In this document: in pieces, positions 33,101 through 43,958 of the stretch
Layout of the letters: every line of letters starts with the position of its first letter
Position numbering within the stretch: the first letter of the stretch is position 1
Source: Podarcis gaigeae
Taxonomy: Eukaryota
Assembly (NCBI GenBank): GCA_964106915.2
Contig: OZ066914.1
DNA length: 64,000 bases
Reading direction: 5' to 3' (one strand)
Notes under the pieces: generated by a model
Databases searched by the model: none
Seen by the model: the letters and a program-made list of their open reading frames with translations, nothing else
What the model was told of the DNA's origin: nothing
Position numbers and translations under genes: made by a program

Positions 33101-36100
33101 GAAGGTGGATACCTTGCATCTTAAACACGAAAAGAAAAGTAAGACAACAGCTCCACAGTACCTGAAATGCATAGCTTTTGATGATAGGATGCAGGGTGTA
33201 AGTCCCAGCAAGTAAAAATTAGAAACTGGGCTGGCTAGCTAGGAGCATTCAGTCCAGTGGGGTGAGGTCCAAAATCACTGGAGATGGCTGGATTTTAATT
33301 TGCATTAGTGTCCGGTACACTGATACCTTGGGTTACAGACCCTTCAGGTTACAGACTCCGCTAACCCAGAAATAGTACCTTGGGTTAAGAACTTTGCTTC
33401 AGGATGAGAACAGAAATTGTGCGGTGGCGGCGCGGCAGCAGCAGGAGGCCCCATTAGCTAAAGTGGTATTGTGGGTTAAGAACAGTTTCAGATTAAGAAC
33501 AGACCTCCAGAATGAATTAAGTTCTTAACCCGAGGTACCACCGTACTGTGAGGAAGCACGGTCTGTATGAAGCTTCTGATAAAATATTCCCCTGGTCTTC
33601 TTATAGGACTAGTTTGACTGATGTCCCATTAAGCATTTTATATATGTTTTCTAACAGAGCGTCAAGGAAAGAGTGAGCCCGAAGCTGGCAATGAGCCGAT
33701 GGCAGAGACTGAAAGTGAGAGTGAGGCGGAGCTGTCTGGGTATTCTCCAGTGGTAAGAGCATGGGAAGGGATGCATGTTGGTGTTGAGCATCATTCCTAA
33801 TAATTCATTTCTTTCAAGTGATGTGAGTTTGCCTGCAGGGTTGGAAGGTCTGAGATCTTGTACTTGTTCCCTTCATAAAGGCTACTGTATTCAAGCTGAC
33901 TTAGGAACTTGTAGAACTTGCAGGTCTGCTCTTTTTTGTCATTGTTACCACCTATGTGCTTGCTGGGCAAAGAGCCAGTGAACAAGCAGGTATTGGCATC
34001 TGTTGCCCCTCCTCACTTTCCCAGTGGTCTTGACCACAGCAAAAGGCAGGTGAACAAGGAGATTGCAATGATGAAGAGGCGGAGAAGGTCCAGTGGTGTC
34101 TCGTCAGTGGTCCCACTCCTGAAGTGTGGCCCCTTAGTAGATCCATCCTGACCCTTGATGCCTGTCCTGGAAATTTGGCATGATACTTCAGATTCAGGGG
34201 GACAGAGAGGAGTGGTGAGGTTCGCATTGTTGGGGGCATCTCTCTCCAAATGCTCCCTCCAACTTCTGACTCTCCAACCTTTCTTTTCAGAGCCAAAATC
34301 ACTCTATCTCTCAGGGTTTAGGTGGAAGAGTTAGACTTGGAGGATAGCTCTTCCTCATTATTGCCAGCACTAATTAGATATATAACCAACCTGGTATGTT
34401 GGATCTGGGTTCAAATTCCTGTTTGGTCAGAGTGGGTCAAGTGGGTTAAATGTTTAAGACACAACAGCATGTCCAATTTTAAATCCGGAAAATAAGATGG
34501 CAGAATCCCAAGTCACTGATTCCTCTACAGTTAATCTTACAACTAATTTTTGTAATTGGAACAGCCTTCCTTTTGATAATCCATGCATTGTTTCCATTCA
34601 GTAAAAGGTTAATATTTTTAGTGCATCCCTCTTTGAAATCCAAGTTAATATTGGCTCAGACTCTGATGGCAGAGATTCTAGGCTAACAGGTGGGACCTAG
34701 TGGCTCCACTGTAAGGTGGAGATTTTTAGCCACAAGAACAAAAAATGTCCTCACGCTCCTCCTTTTTGCAGGTGGATGTGAAGAAGACAGCTCTGGCATT
34801 GTCAATTACAGACTCTGAGCTCTCCGATGAGGAGGCCTCTATCCTGGAGAGTGGAGGCTTCACCGTCTCCAGAGCTACCACACCACAGCTGACTGACGTG
34901 TCTGAAGGTGCCATTTTCTTACTCCCCAAACCCAAATGCTGCATATTATTTGGGGCCACTGTGTGGTAGAGTACAAGTTGTGTGTTCCCTTCTAGAGTGT
35001 TCAGAGATGAAAACTAGGATATGAAGGGTACAGTGGTGCCCCGCAAGACGAACGCCTCGCAAGACGAAAAACCCGCTAGACGAAAGGGTTTTTCTGTTTT
35101 GGAGGCGCTTCGCAAAACGAATTTCCCTATGGGGTTGCTTCACAAGACGAAAAAATCTTGCGTCCCCCAGCGGTTTTTTTTTGGTTTTTTTGCCCTTTTC
35201 CTAAGCCGCTAAGCCGCTTATCAGCTGTTCCGCTGATAAGCCGCTTAACAGCTGATCGCTGGAAGCCGCTTGACAGCTCTAGCACTAATCCGCTAAGCTG
35301 TCAATGGGCTTGCTTCGCAAGACGAAAAAACCGCTAGACGAAGAGAATCGCGGAACGGATTAATTTCGTCTAGCGAGGCACCACTGTATTTGTAGTTGAA
35401 TTCATGAGAATGATGAACTTTGGGCTGAAAAGGACCAAAATCAAATCTGATTCCTGATTTCCAGACTTGGAGTGGCCCCTGAATACAGCTGTCTTCACCA
35501 GGAAACATGGATGTACTTGTTTACTATATTTTTACATGTTACAGTGCAAAGTCCAGTGTCTTTATTATTTCTTGATTCATGATAGACATCCCGGACTGTT
35601 CTGTAACTTGCGGGCCATTGGGAGAATGCGAGTAGCTCCCTTACTATGGTTACTGGTGCCACACACAAACAGCCCCAAGTTCTTCTGCAGCATTGTGAAG
35701 TCTTCAGGGATTAGCTGTCCACTCTAGGCTCTCCTTGCCTGAGCTTTGATCCCCCTATACTCTTTTCCCCCACCTAAGATGAACAGCTGACATTATCAAG
35801 GCAACATATTTCACTGAGGATTGCAGTCCTTGAGGCTGTAAGCCAAAAAGACTCACTTCTTCGACCAATCCATTTCCTTGTCACCCTAGCCTTGCCTTAC
35901 ATCAGGAGTGGTCAACCTTTTAAGACCAAGGACAGCATTTCCTCTCTGCCAGTGATTGGTGGACTGAGCAGAAAATTTAAATTTTGCCTCTGTATAGTAG
36001 GCTACTTTCTAAGCACACTTGCACACCCATTTCTCTCCTCCATTCAGGCCAGCAAGAGGCAGTATCAGAATTCAGTGACACATCCCAGCCAGGCAAAAAC

Positions 36101-39100
36101 ACTCAAGGAAGGGTACAAACCAGGCTGGTAAAAGGTGTGGCTTTGACAGAGAAGGGTGTGGTGAAGTGGGAAGTGTAGCCTTACCAAATCCTGAGGGCCA
36201 GATGGAGAGGCTTAGAAGGCTGCATCTGGCCTCCAAACCTGAGCTTCCTTTCCCCTGAGCATAACTTTTATTCATTTGCAAGCCTCCTACCCCCACACCA
36301 CACACAGCAGTGTAAATTGCAAACGAGAAAGGACGGTATTTTAATGCAGAAACTAGCACACTTGTACTATATAGATGTTGTAGTAGCTAGTGGTAATGTG
36401 GTATCATTACTGCTAAATCTCTGTGTATGTGAAAATCCAAAGTATTGGATCTTGTTCCATAATAGCTCATTTACACACTTAGAAGTAGCAGTTGCAGCCA
36501 ATTCCACTGCAGTAGCATGCAGAGCTTTTCCTGAGGCTTTACCAATGAGGAAGAACCTGGTGGAGTAACTTCAGGGAGCCCCAGCCTGCAATGCTAAGTA
36601 TGATTGTGTTTGTTTGTATAGTGCCTTAGAGTGCTTTGAAGCACATCAGCTTTGTTATCATGTTATCCTAGCTGCCTTGTATGATAGGTCAGGGTTGTTG
36701 CCATGGTACATGTTAGCACCAATGACGTGGGGAAATGTCATGTAACGCTGGAAACACAATTTAGGTAGCTAAGTTGGAGCTTGAGAGCCAGGACCTTCAC
36801 AGTAGATTTATTTTAAATGCTACCTTTTCTTTGTACAAGGCCAGCTAGACAGGCAGGGTTGAGTAGTTCAATGTATGGGTGAGTTGGTGGAGAGGTTTGG
36901 ATTTGTTAAGCACTGAGAAATGTTCTGGGACAAGCCAGGCCTGTACAGAAGGGGCAGGCTCCATTTCAGCTGGGACGGAACCAGACTGTATATGCTTAAA
37001 AGGTGGCAGAGCAGCTATTCAGCTGTTTGCTGGGAGAATGCCACTTGAAGCTGAGGATCATCTTATTTGGGGCAAACCATCCAGGGGAATCCAGGAAATT
37101 TCAGGGTGGTTAGTTTAATGTCTCTTCTGGGAAAACTGGTGGCAAGCATAATTAAAGATTGGAATACCAAGCATATAGAAGGACAAGCTTTGCTGAGTCA
37201 GAATCAGTGTGGCTTCTGCAAGGGTAAGTCCTGTGTTTTAGAATGTCAGCAAGCACATAGAGAGAGAGAAAGAAGTGATCCAATTGACATAGTGTACTTA
37301 AACTTTCAAAAAGCCATTGTCTATGGAGTCCCTTGCCCAAGACACCTGATTAAGTTTAGCAGCTGTGAAATAAGAGGGCATGCTGTTATAGATCAGGACT
37401 GGTTAAGAAACAGCAGAGAGTAGAAATTAATGAAGGGTTTTCCCAATGCAGTGGTGTCCAAACTTTTTTCAAAGAGGGCCAGATTTGATGTAGTGAAGGG
37501 CCATGAGGGCCAATCAAAGGGCCAACCAAAGTTTTAAAGCTTTTTTCAGGATTAAAGTTGTGGAGGTTTTTTTAGGACTTTACCCCAGGAAATAAACAGC
37601 CACAGGGGCCGGATTAAACCTACCAGCGGGGCCGAAGTAGGCCCCCAAAATGCACTTTGGGCATGCCTGCAATAGAGGGATGTAGAAAGTGAGGTCCACC
37701 AAGGTTTGATGTTGGCACCGGTGCTTTTTAAACTTGTTCATAAATTATCTACAGTTGGGAGTGAACAATAAGGTAGCCAAGTTTGCTGCTGATACTAAAT
37801 TGTTTGGGGTGGTTAAAACAGAAAGGAATTGTGATGGGCTTCAAAAGGAGAAGTAGACATTAAAATGGGAAATGCAATTAAATATAAGCAATGTAAGATT
37901 ATGCATGGTGTAGAGAAAGAGAGATGTTTCTCATAATACAAAAATCTGAGGACATGTAATGAAGCTGCATGTTGGAAGATTCAGAACAGACAAGAGGAGG
38001 TTCACATAGCACATACCATAGTTTAAACTATGGAATTAGTTCCAACAAGACATAGTAATGGCCATCAATGTGGATGGATGTAAAAGACAAATTTCTGGAT
38101 GATAAAGCTGTCAATGGCTGCTGGCCACAATGGCTTTGTTCACTGTCCACTAGTGTGTCTGAGTTCCAGTTGCTGGGAATTCCAAGTGGGAAGAGTGCTG
38201 TTTCGCTCATGTCCTGCTTGTGGATTTCTCATAGGCATATGAGAACGGGATGCAGGACTAAATGGGGCTTAGGTCTGATTCAGCAAGGCTGTTCTTACAT
38301 TTTTATTGCCCCCATATTGTAGTGCAGGGGGCAGGAGTGAGAATGAGATAGTGGTGGTATATCTAAAGCACCTAATGAGTACATGACAAAAGTGAGATTC
38401 AAACCAAGGAATTCCTGATTTGTACACACTCTTCATAGCCACTACGATACACAGCTTTCATACATCAGCATTAACGTGCATGATACTGCATACATTTACC
38501 AACTCAGATTTGTTCTGGTGAGATGATTGAACAAGAAAGAAAAGCAGTAGCAAGATCATAGTGGGGTTGGTGACTTTTAATCAGGGAGTACAGCTATAGA
38601 ACAGCAGCAACTGACCTGTTAATGAGAGAATAGGAAAGAACATTTCTGTGCAAGGTCAGGATAAGATGATAAGGAGGCACACAAAGGCAAGTACAGTAAG
38701 TGTATTCAGAAAACAGACTGGCAGCTGAGCTTGGAATGGCAACTGATGATTGAGAACAGGGAATTCTGGGGTGTTTGAGGAGGCCATGTTCATACTCCCA
38801 ATATGCTTTTCAGATCTGGACCAGCAGAGCCTTCCCAGTGAGCCAGAAGAGTCCTTCTCCAAGGACTTGGCAGAGTTTCCTTCTGTGGAAGAGTTTCATT
38901 CCAGAGACTTGGGACCACCCAGTGAGGATGACAAGTTTGCAGTGCCTGCCCACACTGCCCACCAACTGGACTCGGCTGAGAAAGACGGCGTGGCGGCAGC
39001 AGCCATGAGTTCAGACACATCCATCCTGTGCCTGGCCTCACCCCTGCACTTTGTAAATACGCACTTCAACGGGAACGGGCAGGCAGTGGCAGGAGGAGCC

Positions 39101-39493
39101 CTGGAGCCCCAACCTGTCACTGCTCAAGGCCTGGGGCTGCACATCGATTCACTGAGCCAAGAGATTGTCACCACTGCTATCAGTACAGTAGTGCAGAACA
39201 CCCTGTCAGCCCTGCTCCGCTCCTCTGAGGACAACGAGGGGCCTTCTCTCTCTGAGTTCCTGCCCACTGAGCCCGAGGAGAGACTGAGCTTCCAGGCCCA
39301 GCTGTCTGAGAGTGCGGAGGTGGGGGCGGCCTCTCTGCCTGGGGAGGAGGAGGAGGAGGAAGCTGATGATTTTGAGCTGCTTGATCAGAGGGAGCTGGAG
39401 CAGATGGATGCAGAGCTTGGCCTTTCTGGAGAGACAGAGGCTCAAGCGACACCGGCTCTCCCTCCTGAAGAAGAATCCTTGCCCAGCTCCTAG
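20641..39493 (+). CDS. RETREG2: Reticulophagy regulator 2 (FAM134A), ER-phagy receptor, complete, 556 aa
   Basis: Coding exons: 20641-20903, 26335-26441, 30279-30309, 31199-31334, 32653-32737, 33001-33138, 33658-33752, 34772-34907, 38814-39493 (stop). The total is 1671 nt, GT-AG with consistent phases. Reticulon-homology peptides [26 protein letters not shown] and QNPAKFCARVC are present, as are [19 protein letters not shown] and the LIR motif DDFELL at 39365-39382. Confidence 0.96.
24462..24823 (-). mobile_element. Sauria SINE, full length, CpG-rich (young)
   Basis: The minus strand reads GGGACGCGGGTGGCGCTGTGGGTAAAACC..GGTTCGAATCCC (tRNA-like head) through GGGTACCTTTACCTTT. Confidence 0.88.
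25657..25901. mobile_element. Tc1/mariner (Tigger-like) MITE
   Basis: TA TSDs at 25655-56 and 25902-03, TIRs CAGTGGTACCTC/GAGGTACCATTG. A highly similar copy lies at 33318-33543. Confidence 0.8.
25986..26121. mobile_element. Palindromic hAT MITE
   Basis: Perfect 8-bp TSD GCCTAGAT (25978-25985, 26122-26129) with long internal inverted symmetry. Confidence 0.85.
28598..28940 (-). mobile_element. Probable decayed L1/Tx1-like 3' fragment
   Basis: T-run with TTTATT at the left edge, followed by A-rich low-complexity sequence typical of a LINE 3'UTR in reverse orientation. Confidence 0.4.
28983..29118. mobile_element. Palindromic hAT MITE
   Basis: Perfect 8-bp TSD ATGTAGCA (28975-28982, 29119-29126) and TIR CAGGCTTCCTCAA/TTGAGGAAGCCTG. 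Confidence 0.85.
29665..29756. repeat. Inverted pair of tRNA-derived SINE heads forming a hairpin
   Basis: ATGATAGCTCTGTGGTTAGAGCATGGTGCTGATAATAC (29665-29702) and its near reverse complement at 29718-29756. Confidence 0.7.
29778..30185. mobile_element. Solo LTR (408 bp) of an LTR retrotransposon or ERV
   Basis: Starts TGTCAGGGA and ends TCCCATCACA (TG..CA with a short imperfect inverted repeat). It is flanked by a perfect 5-bp TSD GCCAG (29773-29777, 30186-30190). Confidence 0.75.
31423..31450. repeat. (CATA)n microsatellite
   Basis: Directly visible tetranucleotide tandem repeat. Confidence 0.8.
33318..33543. mobile_element. Tc1/mariner (Tigger-like) MITE
   Basis: TA flanks and a body very similar to 25657-25901. 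Confidence 0.8.
35031..35386. mobile_element. Young CpG-rich Tc1/mariner MITE
   Basis: TA TSDs at 35029-30 and 35387-88, TIRs CAGTGGTGCC/GGCACCACTG, and internal repeats of GCAAGACGAA and AAGCCGCT. Confidence 0.82.
37050..38306 (+). mobile_element. Decayed CR1 LINE (reverse transcriptase fragment to 3' end), interrupted by a hAT-like MITE at about 37449-37668
   Basis: Remnant peptides [30 protein letters not shown] and the AKFAADT (KFADD) motif. CR1 3' tail TGATTCAGCAAGGCTGTTCTTA. Confidence 0.8.
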
Positions 39494-41790
39494 GTCCCAC
39501 TGCTCCCCTGTATTTCTGCAGCTGCAAGGGAAGGACAAGTGAACACACAGCAGAGTTTGGTCTGTGCTGACTGGGGACGGCAAAACATCCACATTCACAG
39601 TGTTATGTCTGGAATAGTGAGTCCTCTTCCTAGTGTTGGCCTTCCCAGCAGGGTGTTGCGTCTTGCCCACGCTTCCTAGTGGTGATGCAATCTTTTTGGT
39701 CTGCTGCTGCAATTTGTCTGTCTTTGTCTATTCGTTTTGTTTTTTTGCACGCCGCATCCTCAGCTAGATATCCCCGCTGCTCGCACCCACTGTTCATGCC
39801 CCCCCAGTAGGAAGGAAAGCGGTTTTATTGGATGAAGGGGGGTGCCAGGGGGTCTTCATTGTAAATATTTTTATGAAAACATTGGTTTGTTTAGTTGGGA
39901 AGAGGGAGAAGGGATTGGTGGTATGGAGAAAACGGGTTGAGTTGGGTTTTTCCCCTTGAGTTAGAAATTTGGGGGTGGAGGGGAAGTAGGGCTTCAAAGG
40001 AGACATTGTGTGGAGTATATTTGCTGTCAGGACAAGATGAGGGGGCACAATTGAGCTTTGCTGCCCACTTTGTACAAGAATAGCAGCTGCTTTTGCACTT
40101 CTGAGCACTAGCCCTTTCCCTTACTTTCACCCTACAACCCAGTTTCCTTTATTCAGTTCTGTGAATATGACACCTGATTTGGGCTCCAGGAAGTGGGTAG
40201 TCTGGTCCTGTAGATTCTCAACTCCAAGGCCAGGCTGCCTGCAGGCTCTTTAATCCACTTGGGGGAAAACAAAGCAATTTGCAGTGACTTGAAAGCTTCC
40301 TCTTCCACTGCTGCACTTTAAAAGCAAAATCCCCTTATATCTACTTCTTGTCACCTTTCTCTAAGGCCTGTCTGAGCCAGCTCTGCCCTATGATGCACCC
40401 TGGCCAGAGCACAATCTTCTGCTGCCCTCAGCCTTGCCTTAGGGAAAAGAGCAGAGCAGCTTGAAAAGGAATGATGCGTGTGGGACATTGGGAAGAACAT
40501 TCTCCAACTCCAAGCTCTCTAGGCTTATCTCCACTCTACTCCCACTCTCAAATCACTTTTGAAACCTCAGGGGTTTCACCTTTATAGTCTTTTGCTAATT
40601 GGAGTAGTGTGCCCATTTATGTTCTCAGGAGAAAGGAGGGACTAAATAGGAGTGGAGGATTGTTTGGTTTTTTTCCTCCAAAGGTGGTTATTGCCCCTGA
40701 TACCTATTGCTGCTTGCACAGGTTTGCAGAATATTAATTCTAGCTGTCTTTCAAATATTGATTTTAAGTTGCAATGATAAAATGGGTTTTTAATTAAATG
40801 GAAACAAAGATGCCCCCTATTGGGTGTGTATCTTTGTTAAGAGGCATCAGTCTGTCTTCAGGAATAGCGTTCTTGGCTGAGTGGATACTGCTTGCTCCCA
40901 GTAATGGATCTCATTTTTTGCCTCTTTTCCAATGATTGCTGGAGAAGCTGGGTGGGTTGGGGAGTGTCATGAATTGGCCATTTTCTTGCTGTTGAAAATT
41001 TCCAAGCTGGGCACTTCCAGGCGATTCCTGACGCTTTCACATTCTCACAAGTGACTGCAGCTTTGCAGATGCAGGCCCTGAAGCTGCGATAGCTTGCCCT
41101 GCAGGCCTCAGCATTTTAAACTGCACTTCTGAGAGTTTATGACCAAGGTGAAGGTGCTGCCTCTCAGCAAGAGGGGCCACCAATCAATTCCAAGCACATT
41201 TGCAAGACCCCAGTTCTTGCCTTTTGCACCCTTCAAGTTTCATCACTTGCTGAGTCAGTCACTGGCCCACTCTTTGTATCGAGGATGGCTGCCTGTCTCA
41301 GGTTCCTTCAGTCATGGGGCAATGATTTTCTTGAAATGCAAAATGATCTTGTTCTCCAGAGTTTCTGACCTGTGTTGCCTGCCCCATCCCAGCCCAGCCC
41401 CAGTCAAATGTTGAGGGGAGGATGCCTGTTAATACAGCTTCCTCCTAATGTCTGCACTTTGGAAATGGGCAGCCACGTAGCACTGAGTGTGGAGCTTGCT
41501 CGCCTTTGTATTGTGTCCTGACCACAAATTTTGCTACCCCTACCACCAGCCAGAAGCCCTAGCTTTCCCATTCTGGTGCAGGAGGCATGTTATATGTTTG
41601 TGTTTTTCTCTGAAGCTCTAAGCTGTCTTCCTCTCCTTTGGTGGCAACAGCGCCATAATGCTCCATGATAGGGGCCTTCTGAGGAAGGGCTGGGAGGCTG
41701 CTGATGTCACCCAGGAAAGGCAGAGGGCTTTGAACTGTGTAGCGGTGTTTATTCTATGGCTAAATATTTAAAGCAAACTGTAGTCTTTTT

Positions 41791-41796
41791 AATAAA
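41791..41796 (+). terminator. Candidate RETREG2 polyadenylation signal AATAAA
   Basis: AATAAA about 2.3 kb past the stop, followed by GT/T-rich sequence. Confidence 0.6.
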
Positions 41797-43246
41797 AAAG
41801 GTTCAAATATGTGAATTTTGGGTTAAAAGTTCTAACTCTTCATCTTATCCAATCACCCAGAAACCCCGCCTTTCTCAATTTCCCAGGTATCCCTGATGCA
41901 CTGGGATCTGGCAGCCATTTTAAGCCTATGTCCAGATGGCTATTACCCTAGTTATGGTCTTTCCTGATAGTATTCAGTATTCCATTGCACATGCATTGCA
42001 GCTCCACTAAGACGCCATTGTTTGCTCAAAATCGGGAAGTTATGTCCAGTGTTCAGTAACTGCTGTAGGTGAGCAGCTGGCACAACCTTGAACTGAAGGC
42101 AAGATGGCAGTAATGCTACATGAGCCATCATATCCTTTAGTATCTTCTCAGTTCCAGTTCTCACAACCACCCAAAGTTGTAGTAAGCATGTGCCTTGTAC
42201 TATGTCAGGATCCAGGTGGGAATACACACAATTGCATGCTGTACCATACAGTTTTGTTTGTTGTTGAAAACTAGTGCATTTGGAGTGAAGAATAGAACTT
42301 TGCTCTTCATGCTAATGGACACGACAGCTTGAGGTGGTTTCTTAATGCTGCTGTTCCCCTTTATTGCCTCTCATTTAACAGCTACCCTAAGGTAACTGAG
42401 AAGTCTGTAAAGCCTATTAACAGCAGGTGTCATTTGAGGTTGGATAGCTGAGTAAATTAAAGGAATAGAGATACAGCTATAACTCTCCTAACTCAGGCTT
42501 CCAAGGACCATATGCTAGTGCTGGTGATTGTAAATTTTAACTTAGAACTGTAGGTTCTTTCTATCCTACATCCAGGCAAGCAAAGGGCATTATCACAATG
42601 CTAGGACACATTTCAGCCAGGCAAAAACACTCAAGCGGGGCTGCTAAGAAGAGTCCTAAGGATTAGATAGTGAGGCTTGGTGGATTGCATTTCGGGCCCG
42701 AGCCTGAGTTTTCTTATCTCAGACACACTGCGTGATACAGTAGCTCTCACAAAAGCCTGCTTTTATTTGAGTGTAAGATTATGGCTCACATATCCACATT
42801 TATGCAGAAGTAAGCCCTACAATGTTCAGCATAGCTTGTTTACAGCGGAATGTGTTTAGAATTGCAACCTTACTTTTTTCATTTGTACATTCCCCCACTA
42901 ATTCCCAACAAAAATATGGAAGATAATTTTTCATGTTCAATTTTGTAACAAATGTTTCAAGTTAGGTAGATTATGTGGCAAAATGTTCATATATTTTCTG
43001 CATCTAAGTGTGTTTTTGGCATAGAGTGTAATTCAGTGTAGCACTTAGTGGTGTAGGTATGCATGAAATGAGGTCCCCAATCCTCTAGCACAAATTTTAG
43101 GGGAAGAGGGAGTCCTGTTGCATGAATGGATGCCATTCTGCACCCACAACTTATTTTTAAGACCTCTGGGTGGGATTCAACTCTCTTCCACCAATTGCCT
43201 CTAGGCTACATCCATATGGAGGAACATGTGAGAAAACAAACCAGGT

Positions 43247-43469
43247 TTTATTACAAAAGCACACTATTAAATATAAAAAAACAAGAGACCAACTGGGTCA
43301 GGGTCCTAGTCAAAGAAATACTGAAACAAATAATGCATGCAATCCATTACAGTTGATCAGAGGCTCCAGGGGGGATACTATAACTCCAATAAAAAACTGA
43401 AAATGCTTCCTGCCTTCTGACCCACAACTTAACCTGCAAAAGTCAAAGCAAAAGAGGTACTACTTTATT
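43247..43469 (-). terminator. Two candidate STK36 polyadenylation signals
   Basis: AATAAA on the minus strand at 43469-43464 and 43252-43247, each followed by U/GU-rich sequence. Confidence 0.5.
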
Positions 43470-43958
43470 CTGGCCAGTGACGCCACTGTTCTCTTTTCTG
43501 CTTTTAAGTAGCGATGTTTGGTGACTTGTGACTGTCCACTCTTCTTCTTCAAGGGGAAAGGAAGAAATTCTCAGAAAAAAAGAAAAAACAACTTCATGAA
43601 AGACCAGTATCCCAAGGCACTTAATGTAGAGTGCACTGAGCTAAGGTTTTTGCTACACATGAGCTACACGTCTTGTTTAGGTAGGAGAACACAGCAGCTT
43701 GGCTTTTTCCGTGGATGGTTCATAGCAAGAAAATGGTGAATGGATCTGAACAGCGGACTGTGGCACCTCTGTTCAGATGATGTAAAACAGAGTTCTACTT
43801 CCAACTACTTCCAACTTCAGCTAGAAAGACTAGCACGCTCTTGACATTTTGGCATATCGAAGGCCACTCCAAGACAGTAGCTGCAATCATATTTCAGCTC
43901 CATGGTTCTCAAAACCTGGTGTTTGGAAGGAAGAGCACATTGGAACCCTCTTGAATTC

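Noticed and set aside
35040-35345. Interspaced short repeats resembling a CRISPR array
   Set aside because: Eukaryotic intron with irregular spacing, enclosed by mariner TIRs and TA TSDs.
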